Shown one piece after another: positions 1-13,479 of a stretch of DNA of 64,000 nt (positions are counted from its first letter, which is position 1; every line of letters begins with the position of its first letter). Under the pieces are notes generated by a model. It saw nothing but the letters and a program-made list of their open reading frames with translations. It did not search any database and had not been told where the DNA came from. The stretch covers positions 11,408,001 through 11,472,000 of the forward strand of contig OZ234494.1 in assembly GCA_965153455.1 (NCBI GenBank), written 5' to 3'. The position numbers and the translations under genes were made by a program. The DNA comes from Sphagnum compactum (Eukaryota).

Positions 1-313
1 CCAGAACTGGGGTTTCAGATTTTACAAAGAAACAGAACCAAACTGGAACCAAGATCCTGGTTTTTCAAGAACCAGAACTGGAACTGGATCTGGGATTCTT
101 GGGGGGGGGAAAATGAAAAAAAGGACTAGAACAAGAACAGGATCCAGGACTTTTGAAAAAGTAAAAATGAAAAAAAAGGACTAAAACTGGGGAATAACTG
201 GCAGTTAACTGCCAGTTTTGGTCCAGGTTAACCAGAACCAGACAGGAACCATGTCTGATTTTTAGAATCAGAACCAGAGGTTCTTCATAAAAGTCAAGAA
301 CCGCCCAACACTG
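1..313. mobile_element. Partial MITE-like repeat in a histidine kinase intron
   Basis: Iterated AGAACCAGAACTGGAAC motifs end in GAACCGCCCAACACTG (CAGTGTTGGGCGGTTC on the minus strand). A similar terminus, GTGTTGGGTGGTTC, recurs at about 27799. The other end is outside the window. Confidence 0.5.
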
Positions 314-424
314 GTACACATACCCAGTGACCATGCATACAAACTGCTGCTGGGAAAAATGCTTGTGCAAAAGCTTGAAATGAGGAGAGGATATGCAAAG
401 GGGAAAAGACAATCTCCAGAACAC

Positions 425-2359
425 CTGCAGCTGCAATGGCATGGCGAAGCTTTTTCTCAGTTACTTCATGCTTGGCTACTTCATCTTTCATTTGTGCAAG
501 CCTTTTCCGCAACATGGCCTGCAGCTCAATGTCATAGCCACACATCATATAATGACCGCAGAAATTGAACTGCAAAAGATTAAGTCTCAAAAGATGAAGT
601 AAGGGTGCCACAGACCACTTCAAATATTTATTGACTTTTGAGAATTTCCATACCTGCTCCGTCACATCAATTAGTGCAGTAGTCACTCCCAGAACACCAC
701 CTTCATTACCAAAAAGAGGCTCACAGGCGATAACTAATAACCTCACACCCACCCCATCATCGGCTTCCACTTCTACATTGAGCTCTCTCCGATTTGCAAT
801 CCCTGTACAAAGAACTTCTTTCTTCATTTCCATCATCTCCAGCGCACCCGGGATGACACCCACGAGATCCACATCCTTCAATCCCAAAATGTCCTGCACT
901 TGCCCAAATGCACACTGTCTTTTTCTTATTCATGGATCTAACTCCTTATTTGGGTACTAAGTCCCAAGGTCCAAAGTCAGGGACAAACTATTTTCTTTTC
1001 AAAACCCCTGGAATTCAATCAGAACTGCATGCATACCTGAGAACAAACACGCTCCAGAGGCTTGTGCACAAACCTGTCAAGTAAAGACATATTGACTTCT
1101 TAGCCCAAGTGTGCAAGTAAAAACCAGTAGATGGATAAGCTTCTAGGATACACACCCACTAGTCACCATCCAGAAGAAGCCCACAACATATCACCACCAT
1201 ACACAAGGAAACAAAAGTGGCAACAAAAAAATGCATACATTTCCCTAGCACTTGATAGACAAAGAAGAGACACGATACAGAGAGTTTGTGTGCAGAATTT
1301 GTACTTGATGTAGGTGTAACGAAGGTTAGCATCACAATGAGAGATGATGATTATGGGCACATCATTTGAGATCATCGACAGAAGTGACTCAATTCCACAC
1401 ATTCTTTCCAAGACAAGCTTGACATCTTCATAGCTGTTGTTGTTACCATGCTGTTCCCCTTGTTCTGAGGAGGCAGATGATGGCTTTAGATGTTCCCTGC
1501 CTGAAAAGACTTCCTGTTGTTGAGTATGAAGATCTTTTGTGAAGTCCCTCTTGAGGGAACAGATATGAACTTCATCATCATCATCTCTACTCACATGCGT
1601 CTTAAGACCAAAATTGTTGTTTGCTTCTTCATCCAAACATAGCTCTCTGGTTTTCCCTGCCAATTGGCATACTGTTTCTTTTTCATCCAACACCTTCCTC
1701 AGATGTTGAACCTGTTTCCGTAGCTGCTCATTCTCCACAACAAGCTCAACCATAGTTTTCTGCCAAGATTCAACTGATGCCACAATTTCTGAGGCACATT
1801 TGAGAGGCGGAATAATAACATCATTGCTTGAGGAGGGAGACACAGTAGTAGTACCAATGGCAACATTGTCGGGTCCTGAATGATCAGAAAGAGCTGTTGT
1901 GATCATCGCCTGCGGGGAGGAGGGTAGGAGGAACATAACTCCAGCTTCTTCAGCATCCTTGGAAAGAGATGGAATTACTGTAGGTCTCAAACCCAAAGAC
2001 TTGGTTGAAAAAAACTCCGAAACATTCAGGTTGAAAAAGTTAGGGTTTGATACAGTAGGGTTTCGAGGCACAGCAGCAGGAGGATTTGATATGGAAGAAG
2101 AAGATGATGATGATGATGAGGGAGATGGTGGAAGAGGACAAGTTTGTACAGGGTTTCCAGGTGCAGCAGGAGGGTTTGATAAATATGTGGAAGAAGAAGA
2201 AGATGATGATGACGAGAGAGATGGTGCAAGAGGAGTAGGTTGTAGGATTCCAGAGGAAGAAAGGAGAGGATGGCATTTGCGTACATGATTACAGCAGAAC
2301 TCTTCTTCTTCTTCTTCTTCTATCTGATTGAAGAAGACCACACCCGCATCCTCCATCAT
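425..2359 (-). CDS. Hybrid histidine kinase, AHK5/CKI2-like (N-terminal low-complexity region, coiled coil, PAS domain); 3' part lies outside the window
   Basis: Exons 2359-1305, 1073-1037, 893-654 and 518-425 join in frame with GT-AG introns. They give ...SHCDANLRYTYIKFVHKPLERVCSQDILGLKDVDL...EPLFGNEGGVLGVTTALIDVTEQAMLRKRLAQMKDEVAKHEVTEKKLRHAIAAA. This resembles the AHK5 PAS/coiled-coil segment just before the HisKA box. The kinase domain itself is not in the window. Confidence 0.75.
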
Positions 2360-3892
2360 CCTTCACGCTATTCCAGACCCGAAGAAAACAACAACAACAA
2401 CAAGCAGCTCTCTTGCATGCGATCGGTTGATGATCCTTTTTGGCCAACACTCATTCATGAAACTGAAGCAACAAGTGCAGCCTGCTGCCTTCTTCTTTGA
2501 TATACCTGAGCAACAAGCTCCCATCTCCTCCATAACTTCAAACCCTAATCACCACCACAACACAACACTGGACACCAAAGCATGTATGTGTATTGCACCA
2601 GTCTGCAGCATCAATAGTAGTTCTTCACAGTTCTTATCGTGGGTTTGCGCAATCCCTCAAGTTCAACAAGCATCCGGGCACATGCTTGTGAGTCTCAGTT
2701 TCTGATTTCTCTGATCTTGAGCTATTTTTAGGGTTCCGATCCGCTGCCGTCAGTTGAACAAAAACTTCGACCTGTTTTGGGTATCATTTTGTTCAGGAAA
2801 ATTTACATAAAAGCTGCTGCCATTTTTTGCACAAAATCTCAAAGAGCAGAGCAGCTGCTATGAAAAGCTTTCCAAAAAGGTTGTCCAGTTCACATCTTTT
2901 TCACACTTGTTCCTAATACACCTCTTCCCCCCCCAACTGGATCCAGCGGTTCTCGCACGGTACCCATTTGATAATATCGCGAGAGCTCATTCTTTCTCCA
3001 ACCACCTCTCCCAAACAAACCCAGGAAAGCTCACCCAGAGTCCCACGCAAGGCATCAAGACGTGGGTAGAAACCAAAAAACAACAACAACAACAACAACC
3101 AACGTGGGTACATCCGATGTTTTCTTCGAAAAAAATTCGAAGAAAATTTCTTTGAAGAAACTGAAGAACGGCAACTACCACAAGAAGAAGAAAGAAGAAG
3201 AAGAAGAAGCGCAAGAAGAGGAATTGAGAGAAAAAAAAGTTCTCGAGGACCCATGACATGCGCCAGCGAAGTCGGAGAGCGAGCGAGCTTGCGGGGGCCG
3301 CTGTCTGTCGTGGGGGCTCTTCTTTCTTTTACGTACCTTTGTTTCTTTTACGTTTCCCGACCGCAGTTTCCGGCTCGAGTCATACTTGGGAATTTGGTCT
3401 TTTTCCATTTTTCTTTTTTGTGGAAGGAAAAGCCCCTAGTGTGGGGTCGGTCCTATAGAATAAGGGACCTAGGAACAAGAGGTAGGTGGCCCTGCCCAGC
3501 CCTGTATTTTGAGACCCTTCACCAGTAGCGTTTATTTTTAATTAAGATATTTATTTATTCATTCATAATTTTCTAAATCAATTATTTTAGTTTGAGTAAA
3601 TTTTATATAAATTTTACTAAAATATGAAGAGGGATCTTACCCCTATAAGTAGGCATAATTGACCCCTCACTTTTAAGGAGTAGGTGTAAGATCCCTCTTC
3701 TTTGCTAAGTAAGAGAGATATTTGTGAATATAATAAGGTGCCTTCCAAACACCCGAAGTAATTTCTCCAATTGGATTTTGCGCTGGGTAACACCTAAGTA
3801 CTAGGGTGTTAAGGTTTAGGGCCCTTGCAAGGGCCATAATACATTCAGTTTAGGGCCTTTGCAAGGCAATAAGTACGCAAGTGCTGGTCCAA

Positions 3893-4984
3893 TTATTACA
3901 TAATGTAAAGGGCGTCGTGGTCGTCAGGCGTCGTCTGGCGTGGTCGTCTGGCGTGGTCGTCAGGCATGGTCGTGATGAAATGAAGCGTTTTTTCATTCAT
4001 CATCTGACCCGTCCATCCCCCGGCAACGTCGTGGTCGTGAAGCTTCGGGATGAAATGAAGCTTTCCATGCAGACGTCGGGATGAAATGAAACTTTCCATC
4101 CGTCCGTCCGTCCGTCATCCATCCCGTCATCCGTCCCGTCATCCATCCAAACAGAACAAATATATATTTTTAAAAGGGAGAAAACTAGAAAAAAAATAAA
4201 AACAGAAAAACACTTTAACAATTAGAAACTTTTTGTAAACACTTAAACATGAAACAAAAAAGGGAAATACAGTAAAATAATCTTAAAAGAAAATTAAAAA
4301 ATAGATGACAAAAAATAAGAAACAAAACAGAGAGCAAAAGAAAGAGAAAAAAAACCATACTTGAAAAAAAAAATGAGGTTTGTCTTCTTTTTCCAAACTT
4401 CAAACCTGCATCTAATCAAACAAAAAATTATTTTTATTATAAAACATATTAGAAAAACTAGAATATTTTTTGGAAAAGAAAATAGAAACTAAATAAATAA
4501 ATAAACGCATAAATTTTAAAAAAAGAGAAGATAGACAAAATAAGAATAGAAAAAATTAAAACATGAAACAAACATAAACAAAAAAGTAAAACACAAAAAC
4601 TATAAAAAAAGGAATGGAAACAAATGAAACAAGGAAAGGGAAATACAGTAAAATCATTTTAAAGAAAAAAAATTACAAAAAAGAAGAAACCAAATAAAGA
4701 GTAGGAAATAAGAAAAAATAAAACTTATAATAATGAAGAAAAACCCTACTTGAAAAAGAATGAGGTGTGTCTTCTTTCTCCAAACTTCAAACTTGCATCC
4801 AAATAAACAAAAATACAAAAGTGAAAAAGAAACACTTTATTTTTATTTTATAAAATAATAATAAAAACAGAAAACACATAAAAATAAAAAATAAAAAAGA
4901 TAAAAGTTTTAAAAAAAAACTAAAACATGAACCAAACATTGTTGAAATAACACACCTGTGCATTAGGCACGGGGTTCAAACTAG
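3893..4984 (+). mobile_element. Non-autonomous Helitron-like element
   Basis: The 3' end has a GC-rich hairpin (CCTGTGC-attag-GCACGGG, 4955-4973) 7 nt before CTAG (4981-4984), followed by T. The 5' end near 3893 reads TTATTACATAATG after an A (canonical TC not retained). The interior has CGTC/GGTCGT microrepeats and a duplicated A-rich block. Confidence 0.6.
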
Positions 4985-5454
4985 TGATAATGTATTTGTT
5001 AGATCAAGTTATACCATGGATGAAAATCATTTGAAAAGAATGAAGGGAAATGAATATTGTTTATTGCTAGCCAATTTCCATCAGTTGGAGAAATTTAACC
5101 CCCTAAACATTAGGGTGAACCAATTTTGGAGTTTGGGGGAAGTGAGCTTGTGGGCTAACAACTTAGGGTTTGCTTCCACTCGCCCATCTTTTAGTGCTAA
5201 CTCCCACTCAAGTAGTTGGGGTTTTTATGCAAAATGTTGAGAAATTGTACTCACTATTCTAACATATCTCTCACTATTTTAGTTGATCTTCCCCCGGCCC
5301 AATACTTGCTAGACCAACAAATGTCAATCGCCATACGTTAAAAACAAGTTGTAACAAGTGTCAAAATGGGTCTCACTTGTTATGGGTGCCGTTAACTCTC
5401 TACACCAACAATAGCCAGGTGTGGGTTCTTTCAAAGTGGGTTGAGAAACATTGA

Positions 5455-5685
5455 GGTGAACATAGAAACCCTTTCGCCATAATTTGATCAAAATAATTGC
5501 GAGGAACATAGAAATCCTTTTGCCATAATTTGACCAAATTAATTGGGGTGAACACAAGAACACTTTTGCCATAATTTGACCAAATTAATTGGGGTGAACA
5601 CAAGAACCCTTTTGCCATAATTTGACCAAATTAATTGGGGTGAAAACAAGAACCCTTTTGCCATAATTTGACCAAAATAATTGTG
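5455..5685. repeat. Minisatellite, about 5 copies of a 46-bp unit
   Basis: GAACCCTTTTGCCATAATTTGACCAAATTAATTGGGGTGAACACAA repeated head-to-tail with no spacers. Confidence 0.9.
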
Positions 5686-6989
5686 ATTCCATAATGGGTG
5701 ACCCCCAAGACATGGAAACATAAACCCTAAGCTTGAATACATCACAAAATTGAGGAAAAAATGAACATTGACGTGCACCCAAGAGAACAAAGACATGTAT
5801 GAAATCCGACATATTTGTCCACTCTATTTAGAAGCTTATTAGACTTATGCTAATTTTATTTTATTTTTTCTTAACTTTCTTGAAGTTTTGGGGAAGTGAG
5901 CTTGTGGGCTAGGCTTACAAAGAAATGATTTTCGAGTGTTGAGCAAAGAGCAAGTGTTTGAATAGGAGTGGGTTTTTAACAGTTCACCAACTATTTTGTT
6001 GTGAAACACATATGCATGCAAGCGTGTACTCATCTAATTTGTGAGAGAGTCAGGGCCCCCAAAAAAAGGACAAAAGTGGCCCAAATTTGAAATTCTTTTT
6101 GGTTATGAAATTGTAGCCCTCCTGCAATTTGAGGGTCATGGTTTGAACCCTCGGTGGTAACAAAAATTAGGGGAGCCTTGTGGGAGCATGTCTTCCCTAG
6201 CCTAAAAGCACCAAAGCTCTTTTGCTCAAATGGTGCAAGGTCTGCATGTGATCCGTGCAAGGGACCTTCGTGAAAGGGTCCTTCTTCAATTGACTAGTGA
6301 ATCTTCCTTGAGTGGATGTGCTTTCAAACACAAAGAAAAAAAAACCTCGAAACACTTAGAACATTTTAGATGGTTATTCCATGGCCTTGAGTTCATTTCC
6401 ACAAGTTGGCAAAATGGCGCCGTCCTCAACATGCCACACCTAACCCTGCAGTTCGGTGCATGGTTAGGTGTTGTCCTCTGGCCGGCCTCCTATAGTTAAG
6501 TACTATGGAACGGCCCCCTATTCATCATTCCACCTAATGGAACCATGTGGGGTGAGCAAGCAGGCTGTTGGAGCAGGTGGGAATGTGTTCTCCCAGGGCC
6601 TATTCCAACGTGTAACCAATTTTCCACCATTGTTGTTTCATGTGTTATTGTAGTGCATTCCAAGTGGAACTGGCCAGAACCAGAAGTGGACCATTAGATG
6701 ACCCACTTGACCCTGACCCACTTGTCCCTCAAAACCTAAAACAGTACTGAAGAGTACACCAAAACCAGTTCTGTCCTAAGGAATATCCTCCTAAGAAACC
6801 GGGCATGTCATTCCCAGTTTGACCCTATTGCACCCAGATTCGCCTTGGCGCTCCCCATGTCCTCGCCTTCGTTCTTGCACCTTGCTAAACACCTACATTA
6901 CCTGCACATATCAAACCACGCATCAATGAGCTTCAACATTCAGACTCGTCTTGTAACTTAAGGCTAACCCCAACCTCTAGACATGTGGA

Positions 6990-7900
6990 ACTAAACCCGC
7001 TACAGACTTCCCAAGTGGTCCAAGGCCTTGTTGCTTGGGATTACTATCTCATGTCTTTCGGCCTACCCACAAATTCGTTTAGCTCAAGACTTAAGCTCAA
7101 GACTTAGTGCACCGCGGACATCTCCCCAGCCTCCTTCCAACCATCGCTTGTTGACACTTATTTGGCTCATGAATGTTATCAAACTGGGGATTCAAACCCT
7201 GCCCAACACTTAGACTCGTAACCCAAGCCACTACGAGGGGCACCCCACGATGGTCCAAACTTGGGCCGCAACTAAACGAACCCTCTCACGTGAGGGTCTG
7301 CCTGGGAGAGCATGTCACTCTCCCTCATTTTAGAGATGTCAACATCCTCATTGAAGTTACTTGGGGATGATTGCTTTTGGGCATACCGTCACTTTTCCCT
7401 TTGACTCATAGTGGGATTAATTACTTCACGGTCAAAAGAGACCATTCACGTTGTGTCTTTATGTTCTCAACACAAGAACTATTATCGAATGTGTCTTTTC
7501 TTTTCACCCAGTGTGCTCACTTCTAGCGTCTTTTGCAAATTTCCCCCTTTCAACCATCACACCTTTCCTTGGAATCCACTTTGGGTCTAACTTAGATATT
7601 CTGATCACCACACCGAACGAAAGTTACAAATGCACCAACAGATAGTGTTGGATTGAACTTTACGATTCAAATCCCCATTACCCAAACAAAACATGATTCG
7701 TGAATTCATGCCCAGGAAGTCTGACTTCTCCACTTAAGGACGTGCCATTTTATTCGCATGCACCACCATCCTGATCTCACCTAATCGAACTTTGGAGTTT
7801 TTCAATACAACTTCAATTCCATGTCCATTTCCATTGGTTGCCACCTCCTTGCATTTCCTCGCCACTTCCCACGCCACAAACCTTAACCTTTTCATAATCA
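6990..7900 (-). pseudogene. Possible decayed LINE ORF2 APE-endonuclease remnant
   Basis: Minus-strand fragments occur in the expected order across frameshifts and stops: MKRLRFVAWEV (cf. LR-ATWNV), PSNFNEDV (cf. GDFN) and ALDHL (cf. SDH). Each match is weak. Confidence 0.3.
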
Positions 7901-10900
7901 ACCACACTCACAAAAACCCTTGACCCTCTACTTCTGAAAATGGTTGTTTTTTTATTTTGTGGGCACTCTCCCCCACTTTAGAGGTTGATGTTCTCATCAA
8001 CAATTAAGCCATTTGCAAGTGGGTCTCTCTTTTCCTTTCTAGTTTTCTTCACCCCAAGTTTGTGACCATCTTCCTATTCAAACTTGTTCACCATCTAAGG
8101 TAGGTGATCTAGGTGAGCAAGTTTCATCACATTATTTCTTTATGATGGTAACCCTTGTACTTCACCAAATATTCCTTGCCTCTAAAGCTTGTTTGCCTTG
8201 CACAATGTATACCCTCGATTTCAGCCACCAACCTATGTTTGATGGCATCTACTTCGGTCACATTTTTTGTTTTTGGTCTAGCCTCTGTTCATCACAGAAA
8301 CAACTTCAGTTTTGAGACATGGAAAGTCATATGTGCCACAAAATTAGTTGTAATTATGTGGAACCTTGTTTAACCAAAGGCTAGGTAACCTAAAGTATAT
8401 AATTAGCTTATCATAGCCTAGGTATGTAGGTAACCTACCTTACCCTATGTAAGTTATAGCTTAGCCTATATACAACTATAGACCGTTTGTTGGATAATAA
8501 TCATAACAACATGAGGTGGTCATGCATGTGACTAAAAGGGTTTAAAACAATTTACTTTAATGAAAAACCAGGAGAAAACATCCATGTATATGTTTTTTCA
8601 CACCGTTAGTTGCACAATAGTTATACAAACAACCATATTTATTGAAAATAATACGATTACAACTTTTTTAATTGCATGAAGATCCAATATAGTTGTATGA
8701 TAAGAAATTACATGGTAGTTGGAAGTTTATAAAGTTTTTATAGTAATGACATTAAAAAAAGGGCAACCATGTTTGAAATTTAAAAAAAGCAAATAAAAAA
8801 AAATAAGGATGCTAAAACTTGTAGTGCTTAATAGGTTCACTTGTAATTTCATACTAGGCAAGAAAGGAGGACAACCCAACTTCATGGATTTGTCCATACC
8901 AAGGTTTATACCAAGCTATTGATTACATACTAAATACTTGATTTAGTATAATAACTAGGTGCAATGAAATAACATTATAATTTGAATTTCATCAATTGTA
9001 ACATGCATGCATGTGTTGATTTGTGTATTTTTCCCAATTAGTTGATTTTTCATAAGTGGTGGGATTTTATTGAAAACAAAAATTTTACAATGAAAACACA
9101 TTTTTTTTCAAGTTTGTCCCAATTATTTTCCACAAAATAGTTTTAAAAATTGATCGATTATAATTGGTAATATAAGGGAGTGATTTGAAATTTGGAATTT
9201 TGCTATATTGATTTTGAACACCAAACTTCAACAAATAAGTCATTTCATTTTCAAGGTTTGTTTTTATTTGTTTCGCATTTTGGTATTCCATTTTTCATTT
9301 GTATGCTTCATTTATGAAAATTTTAGTGCATATTTAAATTTTGACCAATATAAATGCTAAAATTTACATATTTACTTGAAACTTAAAATTCTAAATTTTA
9401 TTGAAACGATAATGAACATGAGTATTGAATGAAGACAATTGGAAATTAGTAAAGTTATAACGTATGGATTTGTTTTTAAAAAAATTAAAGTGCAAAAAAA
9501 TGAAATGAAATAAATAAAAATCTGTGAACCAAATGAACCAATAAAATGAAAAATATTCAGAACATAAGAACCCATTCTTGAAAGGAAAACATTCCCCACT
9601 TTTGTAACAATTCAATTATGTTTCATAAAGTGCCTTCTTTTAACAATAAGAATTTTCTCCCAAGTTTATACTAATGTTAGTACTTTTTATTTTAAAAAAA
9701 CAATTCATTTTGATTTTTAGAAAGGGTTTCAATAATTATATTTAAAAGAAAAATCTTAGAAAACCAACTAGGGCATCATTTTTTAAAAAACAATTATTAA
9801 GTTGATTCTCAAATAATTGGCTTCTAATAAATTTATTAAAAATTGGTTATTTAGAAGGCAATTATCATGATAATTTGGTTTTCAATTTTTTTTCTTTCTA
9901 TTTAGAACTTATATAGTAATTTTTAAAATTAAAAATTGATGAAGATGCAATAACAACAATTTTTTTTTTCAATTTTGTGATGTACCTCAAATGGAAACCA
10001 TTCATAAATATATTTAGCCAAATTTGGAAATATTCCAAAATATGAAAATAGAAAATATTAAGCACCTTTCATGTTGGTGGCAATTATGGCAACTTTTTAT
10101 GATTGTTTAGTTTAGAAGGAATTTGTGTGATAGAATATTATTTTTTTTTAAATCATTAAATGGAAAAAAATTGTAATAAGAAATCAATGTTTCATCCATC
10201 TCAAATACAACTTCAAATTCTTGTAATATTTTTTTCTTCACTCATCCTTTGCCATAACAAAGCACACATTTAATGAGAGTTATTATTTTTTAAATTCAAT
10301 TAATGGTAAATTAACCTCAAATTTCTGAAATAAAAAAAATACTCCCTTAAAATGTGTGCCCTATTTTTTACTTTTCATTGAATGACCTTTCCAACCTTGC
10401 ATCTTGACCTTAGTAAACATAGGTTCATTGGATGACCTTTCCACCTTTGTATATTGGCCTTAATTAATATAAGGTACATTATACATTGGACCAATTTTGA
10501 AATAAGTATGTGATCTTGAAATTCAAACTTGGGTAAACATTTATATCCTTCCTAAATATCAATTTCTTGAAAAATATAAAAGGGAATTGAATTTCATTTG
10601 GGTTATTGTGTTGGGTTTCCATTCAATGTTGCCTAATTATTTATTTTCAATAGAACCTACATCCAAGGTTAAATTGTTAAAAAACAAGTATGGAAGCTTG
10701 GGGAAAGGGTCTAAACAAGTTTTGAATTATGTAAAAATTTTGGATAAGTTTCTTGTTGTTTTTCGGAAACATGACAATTGTCGAGTATAATAAATGAAAT
10801 TTATTATACTTGAAGGGTAGGTGATTCAAGTTATGATTTAAGTGTAAGGTTGTTGATTAAACAACATAATTAAAGAAAAACATAACATATGGAGTTTTGA

Positions 10901-13479
10901 TGTGTATCTGTGTAAGAAAAAAAAACTATAAAAGAAAATTGGGAGGAAATAAGGAATTTTTTTTTAAATAACAAGGAATTGAAAAACTTTGTACGGGCAA
11001 AAAGTGGAACAATAAACTCAAATGGAGCCAAAAGAGGGAATGGAAAAGTTAAATGGTAAAGAAGAAAACTCAAAGGTGCAAAAAGTTACAAGTAAAAAAT
11101 TGAAATATAAAAATAGTTTATTTTGTAAAAGGTAAGGTTAATGGTGGATTTTTTTTTAATTTTAAGTTAAAATTTTCATTTTAGGTCCAAATTTGGTTTT
11201 TGAAACCTAATAGGTCCAAATTCACTTTTGATTTCAAGTTTGGTTTAAAACTATAAGTTCTCATTGAGTTTGCAACATTTTGAACATGACCCTTTGGTTT
11301 CATCACCCTCAATTATAAAAGCTTTCAACATTGGTTTAAAGTTTAAATTAGTATTGTGGGGAGGTCAAATTTCGCACAGACTCCTATTTGTTATAAAGGT
11401 GATTCTTTAATTTCATAACTATTATTCTTAAATAATCAAAAAACTAATTTTGATATATAATTATCATTCAAAAACTTGGAAAGAAACCACAATTATTTGT
11501 TAATTCTTTCACAAAAATCATTAGTCCTTTGATGGTTAAAGCCCATGTCCCCCAAAAATGTGAAGCTGGATTGGGCTAGGATAAGCAAGTTGATAATTAC
11601 ACATTTAAAAACTCAAATTGTTATGGTGAGTTGATCATCATTTTTCTAATCACGGAGTCCAAAGAGAAGTTGTGCCCCATCTAGAGGCACACCCATAAGC
11701 ACTTAGATTGTGGCATTTGGTGGAAAGATGAAAAAGATGTGCCTCCCCAAAATAAAAGGGGGTGCATTTGCTAAAAAACATTTCAAACAAACACATGGCA
11801 ACCTTATGAATAACCACTTTGAGCCTTTTGAATGTATTGAACACATTTAATGAATAAGAAACCATGTTTGACCTTTCACCAAACTGGATGAAATCCAAAA
11901 AAAATTCATGTTTGATTTTGAAATGTTCATCATAAACCAATGACATAAACCAATGCAAAATAAATAAATCTATGGTCATGGCAAATATTGTGTATGTTTA
12001 AACCTCAATTTGTAAGTATGCTACCATATCAAGGTTATCGGTTAAGGTTTTAAGCTTGGAAGGAGGTCATGCTCTTGCAATGCAACAACAATTGTCTCCC
12101 TCTTCCCTAATCATTGTGTTTTATCATTATTATGCAAGCTTGTACTCATTGCTTGTTCATGTTTAGTAATTGTTTGTTGTCACCTTCCACAAAATATCAT
12201 CCATTTTTTAATATTATCATGTAGGTGTTGGTTGTAAGGATGGTAGGTGCAAATGTTCATAATTTGGTCATGTTCTTTTTTGAAAACTTGAGGTTTGTGG
12301 TGATCTTCTATGAATTTTTTTCTCATCATCCTTTCCAATCATCTAATCGTGTTAAATTTAATCATCTCATCATGCTCTCAGGTTTTTTTGTCATATCCTT
12401 TTGGTCACCTCATTATGTTCTTTTATTCTTTTCGTTACATTATTTATTTATTTATTTTTGGTTATCTCATCATGTTCTAAAGCTCTTCATATCACATTCT
12501 TTCCATCATGTTTTATGGTGTGTCATCATGTTTATTTGGTCCTCTAGTCATGCTTTAAAGTTTTTCATAATGTTTTTCCCATTGTGCTCTTCTACTCATT
12601 TCGTTCTACTTTTCATGTTGATTTTATTATGTTTTAATAATATTTTTTATCTAGTTTTTTTTGTTGTCATTTTTTGGTCTTTCTATTGAGTTTTTTGGGT
12701 CTTCTTGTTTCTTTTTTGGTCTTCCCATCCCACTACAAAGGTTGTGTTTCCGCCCCCCCCCCCCACCCCCCATTTCCCCCTATTGTTATTACTCGGAAGT
12801 GGTTTTTCATACTCAGGCTACAACATGTCTTTTTGTTATCCTTCTTGCCCGTGCCCATGCCCTTGCTTCGACTATTTGATTATTTGTTGTAAAAAGAAAG
12901 TTTACACCCTTATACAATAAAGGACATGTTTTTAAACATGTCACAAAATTATTGTGGAATGTGTCCCCTACTTCCCTTGTTATAATTAAAGACCAAGCAA
13001 ACACAAACTTTGATATTGCACACTTGTATGTTGAACTTAGAGTTATTCTTTCAATCATAGAAAGGGTATCATCAACTCATTTAACCCTCTTATCTTCATT
13101 TTCCTTCCTTTTCTAATGTTTGATTTTTTGTTTAGTGTTTTTCGTTGCAAAATTGATGTGCACTTACTAAATGTTATTATGTGTGATTTGGTATAATCTA
13201 TTAATGGTTATTTTCCCCTTTTTTCCTTCAATTTTTTTAACAAGGACAATAGATTTGTAAGAGACAATGCTTATTGGGTTGCATTTGCAAAAAATTTGAT
13301 TTGGTGAATTTCATAAGCAACATTCATGGGCACATCCACAAAATATCTCACATTTAAATATTCACGTTCAACAACATCAAACCTTGTTGTGGCATATATT
13401 GTTTCGGTTATGTTTAATATATAATTAAATGATAATTCCATCTTTCCCCCATTATTGATTATCATTAGTTGCTCCATGA

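Noticed and set aside
5455..5685. CRISPR-like array
   Set aside because: The units are contiguous with no unique spacers, there are no cas genes, and the context is eukaryotic. The same applies to the repeats at 28208, 44026, 52797 and 63524.
12225..12920. Hydrophobic ORFs resembling membrane proteins
   Set aside because: They arise from T-rich low-complexity repeat DNA, with no motifs or splice structure.
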